Source: the human T2T-CHM13v2.0 reference genome, Homo sapiens. Taken from it: DNA of 64,000 nucleotides. The stretch lies in the NCBI RefSeq assembly GCF_009914755.1, contig NC_060927.1; one strand, 5' to 3'. The notes under the pieces are model-generated. The model ran no database searches and was not told the DNA's origin. It saw only the letters and a list, made by a program, of their open reading frames with translations. Every line of letters begins with the position of its first letter. Position 1 is the first letter of the stretch. Below are positions 1-13,740 of this stretch, in pieces. The translations under genes and the position numbers were made by a program.

Positions 1-1706
1 TTTCTTTTCACACTGCCCAACTGAAGTGGGCCAAGTTCTCATCATCTTAGCTCTAGTACTCAACCTTGAAATCATCCACAGAGATGTCTTCCATGCAAGA
101 TATTTCTCACTGTAAGGGAAGATGATGGTAAGTCATCATCTTCAAATAGAAATGATAGCTCCAAAGAGGAAAAGGAAAAACAACTGCCACTCCATCACCT
201 CTCTGACTTTGGCTTTCTAGGGAATCAGTTCTTCTGGGTAAGGTTAAACCAACAAACAAACAAACAAAAAAATGGAGGTGGGGGGTGTACTTTATTCTGT
301 TTTGTTTTTAAAGAAATGGCCACTTTTCATAGATAGAGCAATATAAGTGGAAAATAACCAGGAGGTTTTAGTGAAAATGGAAAAGGAAAAGGCAAATTTT
401 GTGACATACTAGGTCTAACAATTGTTTAAATCTAAAGTTTGGTGCCAAATAGTGATGGTTTTAATTAATAGATGGATCTGAAACACCCATATATCATGCT
501 AAAGATTTAGTATTAAATATGTTCTACTACTGAAAATAATACCAAGGTCTCTAACGACAAGATAAACACATGCTATATTGACAAAAGTATGCAAAAAAAT
601 GCTAATCAAACTCAGCTCATAGGAGCAGGAGCTGAATTGAATGATCTTGTTCCCCCAAAATAAACTTCCAATTCACTACTCAGGTTATTTTCCAATTGTC
701 ACTGGGACAACACAACAAAAGCAGGGGACAAAGTTAAAACCTGGCCTTTTCAGTCAAGCAAGTGGACAAATACTCAAGACAATAACCCACAAACAAGGAA
801 GATGACAGCGGAAAATCCCCCACATTCAGTTCACCCCTTTGTGACCAAACCCTGTTCTGCAGGTCTTCTGATGACTTAGACTTTAAGACAGCAAGGTAGA
901 CATCCTGGAAATAGGCCAATAATAATCTTCAACTAGGAAGACATACTGAAATCACTAGGGAAGCTTTTTTCAACATAACCTTTCCCTCCCTCAGCTGGGA
1001 ATCATAGATTAGATTTAATTTGTATAATCACTTCAGTTTGAAGTAGGTGGATGACCTGAAGAAAATTAAGGTATAATGGCAGGCTTGCCATCAGCAAGTA
1101 CGCATTTACAAACATTTTGACAAGCTATATCTGGAAATATCCTGAGGATCCAAGAATCTTGGTTAACTTTATACAACTACGATAAATTGGGCACTACACC
1201 AAAACATGCAGGCTATTTGACTCTGCATTTTCCTCAATCAACAACATGTAACGGAGAGGCCTAATATACCAAATCATTATCGAACAGCTTAGGGATGACT
1301 CACTTTGACAGGAAGAGCAAAGTGTTTCACTCTCATCTCAGTGAACCTGTTCATACTGACATAATGCCACATGGTTCCTAATACGCAACAATGTACACTG
1401 TTCCAGCAACATAGAGGCAGCTTTGAGCCTTTGGATCCAAATTCTGTGAGTGAGCTGGGCTAGAGTTTTCTGTTTCCCTTCCCTCATTATCATGGCAACA
1501 GAGGGCAAAGGTGGCAGTTAGGCTTTATGCCTGGACTGCTGGCATACAGGTCCACACCTCTTCCAAAACAAAATTTGGACAATAGTTACACATGAAAATG
1601 TTGTGTTCTGCTTAGGTTATAAGGAAACTAAATCATACTGCAGGCAACTCTTTAGTTATTTTCTCTTTTATCCTATCTTCACCAGAAAATTTAAAGAGCT
1701 CTAAAA

Positions 1707-1991
1707 CAGTGTTTCTCAAACTGTAGGTCACACTGTCAGTGCTCTTGAAATTAAGATAGTGGGCTGTAGACTTTAAAGGAAAGTTAGGATAAGATAAAAT
1801 AGGATAAGATAAAGTAGGATAGGATGGGATGGGATGAGATACTAGAGGATAGAATGGAAAATGCAACACATAGGAAGGGTAAATACTGTCTTATGAAATT
1901 TTGTTTTAATTATATGACTGCATGTAGACTGTGTCATGATTTAAATGCATTTATCTCTGTGGATTATTAGGAAAATGTATGAAAACCACTG
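1707..1991. mobile_element. hAT/Charlie-type DNA transposon fossil (MER) with internal (TAGGA)n-like repeat
   Basis: Terminal inverted repeats CAGTGTTTCTCAAA ... TGAAAACCACTG. Confidence 0.6.
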
Positions 1992-3042
1992 CCGTAAAGA
2001 ACATCTATCTTATGGCCCTAACAGCATTTCTCTACAGAAACACTATTGGCTTTGTGACTGGGCAAATCTCTTTTCTAAGTAATTTCAGCTATTCATGGCA
2101 GGATTTAACATCATATCTTTCCCCTATCCACTGAATTCCAGTAGTGCTTCCTTTTCATCGTGACAACCACACATTTTAAATGCTACCTAGGAGGAGTTAT
2201 CACCATCTAGAGATAAATATGAATCCATAGACAAAAGGTTGCTAGCTCAACTCATATCTGATGAGAAGCAAGTGTTTCTAAGTATCCTTTTGTATCTAGA
2301 GTTTGTCCTCCAGGATGAATGGAGGTCAGCTTTGATAGCTCTTATCTGGGACGTGTACACTGTTCCAGCTACTTATTCTGCAAATTAAGTCTTCCTTTCC
2401 TAGCACCCATCAATCTAATACTAAATTCATTAGCAAAATGAAATGAAAAGAACACAACATACATTGCTATTAATGGAATTCCATGCATGTCACTCCCCAC
2501 ACATTGTACTAAAAATGAACTCATCTCCATTTGAGTGTCTCTACACAAATATCTGTGTTTATTAATACACAGCATTTCAGAAGTGAGATTTTCCTTAAAG
2601 CTGTAAAGCCATTTGCTTTGTCAAGCTCCCTTTTCAGGGAAAAACTTCAGGAATTTTCACTATCAATTTATGTTGATTATTTACTCTTTTGTGGATCTGC
2701 TATTCTCCAGGCAAAATCCAATAAGGAGAAATCATGATTACTGTCTAAAGAATTTATTTTGTAATATTTTTTCTTACTTCCTGTAACTTACTTTGTGTGA
2801 CAGTAATAAACAGTTCATAATGCTCCATCTACTATCCTCATCCATAAAATCTAGTAACAGTTCAACATTTAAAAATTTTTTAATGAAGACAAAAATCAGC
2901 TGGTGACTTCCTACTGGAGCACAAAATTAACACTTGCACTGGAGTGGGTGAGTTTTTCTTATTCAGAGCAGAATACAGTCTTTTTCTTACGGATTTAAAA
3001 ATCTTAGTTACCTTTCCCTAGCTTGAAATAATAGGCATTTTG

Positions 3043-3358
3043 GGCTGGGCGCAGTGGCTGATGTCTGTAATCCCAGCACTTTGGGAGGCCAAGGCGAGCA
3101 GATCACTTGAGGTCCGGAGTTTGAGACCAGCCTGGCCAACATGGTGAAACCCCATTTCTACTAAAAATACAAAAAATTAGCCAGGGTGGTGGCACACACC
3201 TGTAATCCTAGTTACTCAGGAGGCTGAGGCAGGAGAATCACTTGAAACTAGGAAGCGGAAGAAGTTGCCATGAGCCGAGATTGCACCACTGCACTCCAGC
3301 CTGGCCAATAGAGTGAGAGTCTGTCTCAGAAAAAAAAAAAAAGAAAGAAAAAGAAAGT
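3043..3358 (+). mobile_element. Alu (AluS-type), full length
   Basis: Dimeric Alu, A tail, 16-bp TSD aataataggcattttg (3027-3042 / 3359-3374). Confidence 0.97.
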
Positions 3359-4156
3359 AATAATAGGCATTTTGAAGACTTCAGGAGAAATAGCTAGAAT
3401 TCATAAATTACCCAGAAGTGATAACACTGTACTTAGATTTTCACACATAAATTTTCCTATTCCTGGATAGTGTGGGACCAAACTATATATAACCAAGTTT
3501 TAAGGTGACCAAAAATTAAAATTCACAAATACTCTGAATGTCTCAACTACTTTCCTTCCAGAAACCCAAGAAAAACTGAAGTGATTTCTCACTTCCCCTA
3601 ATGAGCACTAATGACAATTAGAGATGAACAGCTAACCTCAAACACACTAAAGAGTGTTTTTAAAACAGAATACCACACAGGTTGTATAAGGCTTATCTTC
3701 AAACATTTTCCTCAATAAAATGTTAATAAACAAAAAAAATTGACATGAGGGAAAAGAGAATTGGAATGAAGAATATCCTCCTTTACTTTTAAATGACAAA
3801 ATTAACAAACATGAGAGAAAACACCATTTTTAAAATGAAAAGATCACTCATATGAGAGAAGGCAGATCACATAGTGGAATGTCTAAGGGGAAATCCAGGT
3901 GGATTGCCCACTGGAGTATACAGTTAAAAAATATCCAAAGGAAGAAAGAAAAGACATTAGATATTTGGAAAGGTAAGTAACTAAGTAAATAAATAAATAA
4001 GAAAAATGATGACAAATTTGCAAGGGACACCAACACCAAATGCGGTTTTTGTTTTTTGTTGTTTTGTTTGTATGCCAAAGAGAATCAGTCAGCTAGTAAC
4101 AAGTAAGGAAATTCAAACAGTAGTTGTTCTAGGTCAAAAACAAAAGATATATATGT

Positions 4157-4193
4157 ACACACACACCACACACACACACATCTATATTTATAT

Positions 4194-4229
<36 letters not shown>
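4157..4229. repeat. (CA)n/(TA)n compound microsatellite
   Basis: Direct reading. Confidence 0.95.
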
Positions 4230-4232
<3 letters not shown>

Positions 4233-4869
4233 GAGACTCTCATGCCTCAAATATATTTTGAAGCATACAAATTTAGAGAGTCTAGATTTAAAACAGTGGC
4301 AAATACAAAAGTCTTTCTTAATTAAAAAGCTAGCTGCAGATAAGTCACTAGCATCAAATAGGTACCAATCAAAAGTAAAACTGTGCTCAGAAAAACTAAC
4401 TTGTTCTTAAAATGGCCATTTTCACAAAGTACTGAAAGATTGGCAATGTGGCCAAATTCCCCCAAAAAAGGGGTTTAGAAGCAGCCTTTGTAACCAAAGG
4501 CAAACAGTGGGAATATGTATAAAACAGGAAGATACACGAAAAGCTTTTGCCCACTTGGTGAATTGAGCCTCTCTATCTAGGCTTCTTGTGGCATTAAAGA
4601 AGCATCTGCAAATGCAGTAACTAGAATATATAATCTATTCAGATTTTCAAAAGGCTTTTGAGAAAGTTTCATAGCAATAACTGTGCAAATAAATTTTGGG
4701 TAAACATGGAATTAGAAATACATATTTTCACAAGCACAAAACTATGTTAGATATAGGAAGAAAATGTGAAGTGGAAATGATGAGAGAATGCTTTTATAAA
4801 TTTTGACTGTGGAATTCAAAGTGTCAACTGCACATATTTATATTTCACTATCCTTTTCAAATAGTAAAA

Positions 4870-4980
4870 TATCAAACCACAGCATCACGGAATCCTAAAG
4901 AGCTGGGATGACTCCCTACGTACTACAGATTAAGAAACTGAGCTACAGAGGATTAATAATTGCCCAAGGTTAAAACATAT
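4870..4980 (-). mobile_element. MIR fragment
   Basis: tacagattaagaaactgagctacagagg...ttgcccaaggt MIR core. Confidence 0.6.
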
Positions 4981-5266
4981 AGACATCAGGAAGATTTCAT
5001 AACGTTTACAAACTTGAACAAAAAGTACCACATGAGCTCCCCTATGGGGATGTGTTGAGTATTATATTTCACTAGTGATAAAGAATACAAAACTGTTCAC
5101 ATAAATGTGGCCTTTAAAATATGGTCCCTAAACAAGAACCTTAAAAGAATTATAATACATTCCCTGAAAACATTTCAATGTGTTCTGGTTACAAAGATAT
5201 TCAAAATTCTAGACATCATCAGAAGTGCTTTGGATCCAGTCTTAGGGAGATCCAACATTTAATAGC

Positions 5267-5340
5267 TATCAGAAAAAAATGCCTGCAAAGGACATAGTGA
5301 GGATATCAGAAAAAAATGCCTGCAAAGGACATAGTGAGGA
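5267..5340. repeat. Perfect 37-bp tandem duplication
   Basis: tatcagaaaaaaatgcctgcaaaggacatagtgagga x2. Confidence 0.97.
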
Positions 5341-6405
5341 AATGACAAGGAGCATAGGAAGAAAATCAAGAAAGCATGACGCCATGAAAAATAAGGGAAG
5401 AAAGCATTGCAATAAGGAAGGAGTGGTCAGCAAGATCAAATGCTCAGTGAGGTCCCAGTGAGAGTTAATTTGGAGAAGTGATGGAGGTCCCTGCAGCAGA
5501 CAAGGTGAATTGCTGAATGGATTGGTGAAGAAATGGAAATAGAGAGTAGAAACATTTCTTTGAAGAAATGTGAGTGTCCTTCTACAGGTAAAAAAAAAAA
5601 AAATACATGATAACTGGTCAATCTCTGAAAGTGTGGGTCCAGCGGTTTTAAGAGGAGATTCAGTATTACCCACCATACTCGTTTTTTTTTTTTAACCATA
5701 ATTCCTAGTCAAATATGTCATAAGCCCAGGAAAAGGATCTCAAAAGAACTTAGAACTATCCTCCTTCAATACAAAAAATAAAAGGCATCTGGTTTGCAGT
5801 AGGGTTGTAGACCTTGCAAGACTTCTGCATTTTGGTTTAATCAGAGATTTTCCAGAAGTCTAAAAATAATTATTCATCTTTGAAAAATAAGGGTACCATA
5901 CAGCTATCTAGCTCTGTAATCCAAGGAAAAATCAATTATCTTAAAAGATGCCTTATGAGGTCATTGTTTCACATGATAAAACAAGAACATTAGGAGGACA
6001 AGTCTCGGTTGGAAGTCTCAGATCACTCTAATTGTTCTAATTGATGAATCTTCTTCAAGGAAAAAAGTGGGCTCCATTTCTGTTTTTAAAAATCCAGAGT
6101 ATCTGTAGTAGTGCAACTAATGACAACCTTCCCGTTGTTCTTGCCTAAGAGGAAACCCTATAATAAGAGCTTCCCAAAATGTCAAATAATACTTGTCTCA
6201 TAACAGGGCTTCTTTGTTCATTCACCATGTCTCTTTTGATATGCACAGATAATAAAAGTTCATATAAAACTAAAGGTAATATAGAGCAGAAGCCAACACT
6301 AATTCTGTATAAATATGTCTGATTAATAAGAATGCTATTGTTATGGTTATTTCATAATGTCACGATTGTTACAAGAACAGAGGATAGAAGTACTCTTACT
6401 CTTAC

Positions 6406-6447
6406 TGTTTTCGTTCATCCTCTGTCATCCAACCAGTTTGCAAATTT
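6406..6447 (-). pseudogene. Candidate exon (42 nt, NLQTGWMTEDERK)
   Basis: tttttcccgttgaacag| ... ACA|gtaaga; open in phase 2-2. Confidence 0.55.
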
Positions 6448-6812
6448 CTGTTCAACGGGAAAAATGAAGGATAGATTTTTGTCCATTAATTACTGCTGTT
6501 GCATAAGTTAGTCTCATAAATTGTGAAATGAGCATTAAATTCAGGGAAAAATTAGGGGTTTTATTTTAAAATTGAACTCCACTTCCACTACAAAAATGAA
6601 TACATGCTCCAGGCTTACTTTCTAAGCTCCCTTTTCCACATGCACAGTTGCTATATTCTTCTGGTGCTCATGAACACATGAAAGATAGAATTTAGCATGA
6701 TAGCACTAAAATCTAGGTAAGAGCCTAGTATATTAAACCTAAACTGTGGTTTAATACAACAACCATACACAAAATTGTATATGGGATTTGGTTCCAAAAA
6801 TTAGAACCCCAC

Positions 6813-6863
6813 CCTGGTGAAGTAATAAGTAACCCCACCCAGATGTGAGTATCTGGTCCCTTA
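6813..6863 (-). pseudogene. Candidate exon (KGPDTHIWVGLLITSP...); donor at 6813, 6771 or 6769
   Basis: Very strong acceptor ttgtttttatttcctttccag|; phase-2 frame is ORF 6725..6910. Confidence 0.5.
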
Positions 6864-7963
6864 CTGGAAAGGAAATAAAAACAAGTAATAAGATAACAGT
6901 CTACACTCACTGCAGACAGACAGCCCGATAGATTTTGAAGGAAATTCTAAGGCTGGTAGATAAGTTTGTATTGTCATTATTTTGCTTTTCTCTTTAAATT
7001 CTTATCTCCTAGATCCTGGTATTCCCCCTTGGGGCAGCAGTATAATATAAAAGCTTAACAGTCGATCTTAAATTTAGCTGACATTTTTATATCCTTCAAA
7101 ACATACCTTTTAGATTGCACCCAAGAAGGAGATTATTAAATAGTAGCAGGAGACCAGTTAGTGGACCATTTTGACTGAACAAAAAACAGCACTGTGCCTT
7201 CTTGTTGACAAACCAAAAAACATTTATATAGTCATTATAATCAATTTCATAAATAAAAGGCTATTAATGACTGAGAAAAAAAGGGAAAAACTGTATTTCT
7301 CCCAAGTCCCTTCATCCTCTCTTAAACTCCATATTAGTTTAAGAAAGTGGAGGAAGCTATGCATGAAAAATAGTGTACTTAGTTGAGCTGGAGTCTCTTG
7401 TGAAACAGGTTCTGTCAGTCAGAAGGCAAGGGTACATTTCTATAATTATTTAAGCCTAGTTTTTTTGTAGTAATTAGCCAGAGCTCCATTTTGCTGAAGC
7501 TGGCATCACTCACAGCTCACTTTTTTTTTTCAATTTAGACTTTTCATTCCTTTTTATAAAATAAATTTACATATTTTCAGTCTCTCAATCCCTCCTATGT
7601 TTTATTTATGAATATAGCCCTTCTTGATGGTAACTCTAATGTGAAAGAGGTAGTAATTAATGTCCCAATCTGCTAGGTTAATCCCTTTCCACACTCTCTA
7701 TAGAGAAGTTTAAGGTAAGTAACAGTTTACAGTCAATATTAGGTTTAATTATGCTTAATGAGAGTTGGTGTCTCTGTTTACTAACTGCATTTAGGTGTGT
7801 GGATCCTAGATGAATTTTCCCTTGGCCTCATTCTGATTTGTTAATAGTGCCACTGTGTACTGTATACTCAGTGCTTAAATCTATAAAGCTGCTTCTGGAG
7901 AACAAAGCAAGTAAGGCACCTGTTTCAGTTGAAACATTATTAAACAAATGAGTGAAGTTTTAC

Positions 7964-8058
7964 CGCAACCACATCTTTCTTTGGGAAGGTGCTGTTATTT
8001 TATAATGCTTTCCAAACAGGTCCATGTAAAAGGCTAATTGCTGCCTAAATTCAAGATC
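7964..8058 (-). pseudogene. Candidate exon (DLEFRQQLAFYMDLFGKHYKITAPSQRKMWL); alternative acceptor at 8069
   Basis: cttaacctag| ... GCG|gtaaaa; open, ends in phase 2. Confidence 0.5.
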
Positions 8059-8210
8059 CTAGGTTAAGTCTATACATATTAAAAAATGTTTCAAACTAAG
8101 TACAATAATCAATGGTGAGTATTTTAAAACTATGGAGTATTAAACACTTCTAAGACTTTCTGTATTAATCTTTCAATGTTTTCATTCCAAGTACTATAAT
8201 TGAAAACTAC

Positions 8211-8311
8211 TTTGACAAGTAGTTTTTTTGCCTTGAAAATGTCTTTTGTCTTAAAATTATATTCAACTTTGTTGCTGTGTATAAGACAAAACTTTTGTTT
8301 CCTTACTGAAA
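8211..8311 (-). pseudogene. Candidate exon (SVRKQKFCLIHSNKVEYNFKTKDIFKAKKLLVK); donor uncertain
   Basis: cttatttttatag| acceptor into the frame of ORF 8130..8339 (phase 1). Confidence 0.4.
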
Positions 8312-8575
8312 CTATAAAAATAAGCATCAAAACAAACACCTTGGCCTCAAGGAAATCAGATAGTAAGCCGAGGGAAATTTAGTAAACAAATTTTTAAAGA
8401 ACCCCTTTTTCCTATATTTTTGTTATGGATAAATTATGTATACAACTGACCATGTAGTTTCTTTAAGTCCATTCATAGTCTAATCAATTTAGTAAACATT
8501 TATTGAGTAAATACTTTGAGCTAAGCACAAAAATGAACATGACATACTCCCTTCTCTCAAGAAGCTTACCATCTA

Positions 8576-9148
<573 letters not shown>

Positions 9149-9553
9149 CTATGTGCCTGGGTGGAGGAGGCGGGGGGTGATGGGAAGAGATATGGGAGTT
9201 TGGAAGTTAGGGGCTCAAAGAGTGGACTGAGACCGAATTAAGAATTTTCAATGTCATCTTGTGTTAGCTTTTATGTAATATGAGGGATAGGAAAAGGTAA
9301 AGAGATAACACTACTAAACAAGGATAAGGTCTGAATAAATTCCTTCAAATTAAACTGAATTCTTCTAAGCCTACTGATCTTTGAAAAACATTTTCAAATT
9401 TCAAACCTCCCATAATGTTATTTGGAAGCCCTTGCATTTAGATCAAAGAATTTGTGCCATGTGGAAAAAAATTCCTAAAATATGTCTATCTGAAAGATGG
9501 GATGATAACATATTAATGGAAGCCAGTAGAAAGAGAAGCTGTTAGGTTTATAC

Positions 9554-9573
9554 CCCAGGGAATCCTGAGAAAT
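9554..9573 (-). pseudogene. Candidate micro-exon (20 nt, FSGFPG)
   Basis: ttaattatttgcag| ... GGG|gtataa; phase 1-0, compatible with E27. Confidence 0.45.
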
Positions 9574-9689
9574 CTGCAAATAATTAAATGTACTTTGTGA
9601 TATAAAAATCTGTTTATAATTAATTTCAGAAATTTTCTGCCTTTTGAAAATTCTCCCTTAGTTAATATATCATGATGTTGTTTTTGTTT

Positions 9690-10445
9690 TTTAAATTTTA
9701 ATTGGCAACTAAAAGTTGTATATACTTATGATATACAACATGCTATTTTTAACGCATGCCTTACTCCACATATTTTTGTAGTGAGAAGACTTAAGGTATA
9801 CTCTCATAGCAATTTTTAAGTATAGAGTATATTTTTATTTACACAATGTACAACATATCTCTTCAACTTATTCCTCCTGTCTAAGTGAAATTTTGTACCC
9901 CTTGACCAGCAGCTCCCCAGTCTCTCATCCCAGCCTCTGGTAACCAACATTATACTCTCCGTTTCTATGAGCTTGACTTTTTTAGATTCCACATATAAGT
10001 GAGATCATGCAGCATTTGTCTTTCTGTACCTGGCTTATTTCACTTAAAAATCCTCCAGGTCTATCCATGTTGTCACAAATAACAGCATTTTCTTTTTTAA
10101 AGATGACTTACATTGCATCATGTTTATGTATATTATTATCTATTCCTCCATTGATGGTCACATGATAACATCCATTCTGACAGGTGTGAGGTGGTACTCA
10201 CTGTGGTTTTAATTTGCATTTCTCCGATGATTAGTGATGTTGAGCATTTTTTCATATACCCATTAACCATTTGTATGTCTTCTTTTGAGATACGTCTATT
10301 CAGGTCCTTTGCCTATTTTTCAGTTGGGTTATTTGTTTTCTTACTATTGAGTTGTTTGAGTTCCTTATATATTTTGGATATTAACCCCTTATCAGGTGTA
10401 CATTTTGAAAACATATTCTTCCATTCCTTAGGTTGTGTCTTTACT
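9690..10445 (-). mobile_element. Old L1 (L1MA-like) 3' fragment
   Basis: Antisense L1 3' UTR/ORF2-end motifs (gattccacatataagtgagatcatgc, gtggttttaatttgcatttctccgatgattagtgatgttgagc). Confidence 0.85.
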
Positions 10446-10634
10446 GTTAAGTGTTTGCTTTTAGAAAAATAAAAAAAGAGGCAAACATTTCCTTAAAATC
10501 CATAAACTAATGAGTTTTAAAAGAAAAGAATGCCATCCAAACTACCTAATCAGAAAAAGACTTTCTACAGCTTAGATCCTGTTTTTATAGTATTTTAGAA
10601 ATGTCTAAACACATGGCCTATGACAAATACTTGC

Positions 10635-10752
10635 CTCTTTTTGGAACATCAATTACTTCTTTGTAACGGTATACTGATTTCCTTTTAAGGAATAATCTCT
10701 TTCCCTTCCAGTATAGTATTGGTGAGACGGTAACTCCAGGTTCAAAGATAAA
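10635..10752 (-). pseudogene. Fossil exon E27 (118 nt, FIFEPGVTVSPILYWKGKRLFLKRKSVYRYKEVIDVPKR), GC donor
   Basis: cctaatttccccaag| ... GAG|gcaagt; open (inside ORF 10618..10905), phase 0-1. Confidence 0.75.
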
Positions 10753-10914
10753 CTTGGGGAAATTAGGTAGATAAAAACAGAGAACATGCAAAAAAATAAA
10801 GAAGCACACGAGGTGAATGAAGAAAAATGTAGCAAATTTATCAGAAAGATGGAAATTGTTTAAAAAAGTTTTAATATTTTCTAAATATGGTGAACATTTC
10901 TCCAATTTAAATAA

Positions 10915-11120
10915 TCATCAGTTATTTAACACTTTCTATGTGCTAGGTATTCAATTCATCAATTTATTAATAATATCTCCAATCCTAATTATAACCCCAA
11001 GAGATAGATGTTATTTTTTCCATTTTATTTTATCGGTGTGTAGGCTTAAACCCAGAGAACTAAAGTAATTTGCCCAACTGTTAGTGAATAGTTCAGCCAA
11101 GACTGAATCTCAAATCCAGT
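10915..11120 (-). mobile_element. MIR fragment
   Basis: ttctatgtgctagg...cccagagaactaaagtaatttgcccaa. Confidence 0.55.
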
Positions 11121-12151
11121 GGAAAATAAAATGGTATGTCCAGTATAGGAAGTACAAAACATACAGGTTAAATAAACAAAAGTTCACATATACCTATCAA
11201 TAAAGAACTCCAAAATTACATCAGTCTGTTAAAAACAAGCCACTCAAAGCTCTAGAGTTAACTAAGGTAGTAACATAATTCTGAAATTAAAATGAAAATA
11301 TTTACATAAAGTTAAATATTTTTTTAAAAAATCTTTAAAAAGTACACTCAAACATACTGGGAAAACATTTTTCATGGGAAACATTTTAGGATAATACTAT
11401 CTATTCTATAAGAAAAGAGTCACCTTCCTGAAGAGTTCTTTGCTTTCAGTGCTGTTGCCTAAATTAACTTTCTGTTATGAAACACATCACGCTAGTTTTA
11501 ACCTAGAGAATAATTTGAACAAAACCAAGTTAACCATTTCTAAAATACTTAAAATACAAAGAGGTGGTTGTGTACCCTTGAAGATAATTATTCAGATGTT
11601 TTTAAGTATTCATCTCTCCATAGTATTTTAGATTTAATTTTGTGAATTTAGCAACAAAGAACACAGTTTAGCACAAAATGAGAAAACCTGTTCAGAAGTG
11701 AAGAAATCATCTAAATATTAATAGATTTTATTAAATAGCAGCAGAAAACGTTATACTTGGTGTTATTTTCAGCTATATAAATATCTTATTTTTATCCAAT
11801 AAAAAACATACTAAATTCCTCCATTTCAAATACTGATGATATCAGCAAAGTGTTCACACATCTGGATATCTTTCTGTGTTTACCTAAACTGACCTTTCTG
11901 GTATGTACTGTACTTTCTATCTCAGTATCTTCAGTGTACATTTGCAAAAACTACTTGAACAGTTTACATTCTCCCACACCATGCTACTTCAAATGGTCTT
12001 CAAGACTTTCAAATTACTGTCAGACACTGGGCATTTTGTAGGCATATACTTTTGCATTCCTCCTCAAGGGAAAAAAAAGGGGGGAAAGCCTAGATTCAAA
12101 TGGTAATAAAGTCTCTTTCACCCTGATAAATACATTTAAAAAGTTGATCTC

Positions 12152-12449
<298 letters not shown>

Positions 12450-13559
12450 AGTTGATCTCATCCTGATGCTAGAGTTGTATAAAAGAAGATCTTAGTGTTA
12501 ACTCACAAGCTATTATATAAAAATATTTGTATATATGTATACCAATGTACTATGCATAAACACATTTGAATATAGCATGCGTATATATGCAATCTATTTA
12601 GTATATTTGAATGTATATATTATATATAGATACATATGCATTTACATTTCCACATTTATTCCAAAAACTTAGAGAGAAAATACTTAAACTGTTTTCAAAA
12701 TACAAATTCTAAATGAAATAAAATGTTCTTTAAAAACTGTAATTAATGGCTGTTATGTCAAACTGTGAACCAAAAAGGTCAAACCTTATAATTTACAGTT
12801 TGAGAGGTCATACCTCAAATTATAACCTTAAAAAACTGATTATTTGTGAGTAATTTGACAAATGCATCTAATATAAACTGAATGCATATGAAATATTTTT
12901 GCGAGTAAAAAGAATGTATGTCCAAGTGGACAGCTGATGGAGGAAATGGCCTTTTACTGAACAAGGCTGAAGTCCAACATAATGACTTGGAATGCCTTTG
13001 AATAAGCATGCAGGTTGGAAGGCCAAACAGTACACACATCCAAAAGGGAGCATAATGAACTATCTGATCAGAAGACAAAAATACTCCACATATACACCCA
13101 ATGAGAAAAAAGAAAACACACTTCGGTCACCTCCTCTTTTTTCATCATTACTATACCCCAATTCACGAATGAACTCTGGGCTATTGATAAATAATCATCA
13201 AAAGAAATGATTTTTATAATTTAAAAATACTAGAAATTCCTATAATATTCCAATCTGAGATTTTCAAATGTCTATGGAGATCTTCTATATCATATAAAGT
13301 AAGCCAGGTTTACAAAACTGTTTACGACTCATCTTGGATGCAAATATTACCACACCTAGCTTCATCTCAAAGCCACCTGCTCCTTAAAACATAATCTGAA
13401 ATACTTTGGCCTCTCCACAATTTTTAATCTACAAGTCATCCACCATTAAGAAGGCAGATCATTGAAGATAATTTTCTCCACCGTAGACTCAATTCCCTAA
13501 CCCAAGCTAGAATTGAGAAGGTTAGCAAAATAGTCATTTATTAATATATCTATGTCTCT

Positions 13560-13740
13560 AATATTTATTTATGTGCTTATTATATCTCCCTGTTAGACTA
13601 TAAGCTCAACAAGGATAAAGACTAAGTCTCTTTTGTTCAACAGTTATCTATAACATCTACAAAGTTTCTGGCACAGAGCTAGCATTCCATAAATATTCGC
13701 TAGAAAATGGAAAGAAGGGGTTGACAGAAGAAAGGAGGGA
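13560..13740 (+). mobile_element. L2 3' end fragment
   Basis: ttagactataagctc...ctggcacagag...ataaatatt. Confidence 0.6.

Noticed and set aside
51-243. Plus-strand exon pair (donor ATG|gtaagt at 128; 17-nt micro-exon 221-237)
   Set aside because: No further plus-strand chain was found to support it; probably chance, though antisense splicing cannot be excluded.
4590-4790. CR1/L3-like RT motif (DFQKAFEKV); similar hints at ~30750-31030 and ~31800-31990
   Set aside because: Too degenerate to call without a Dfam search.
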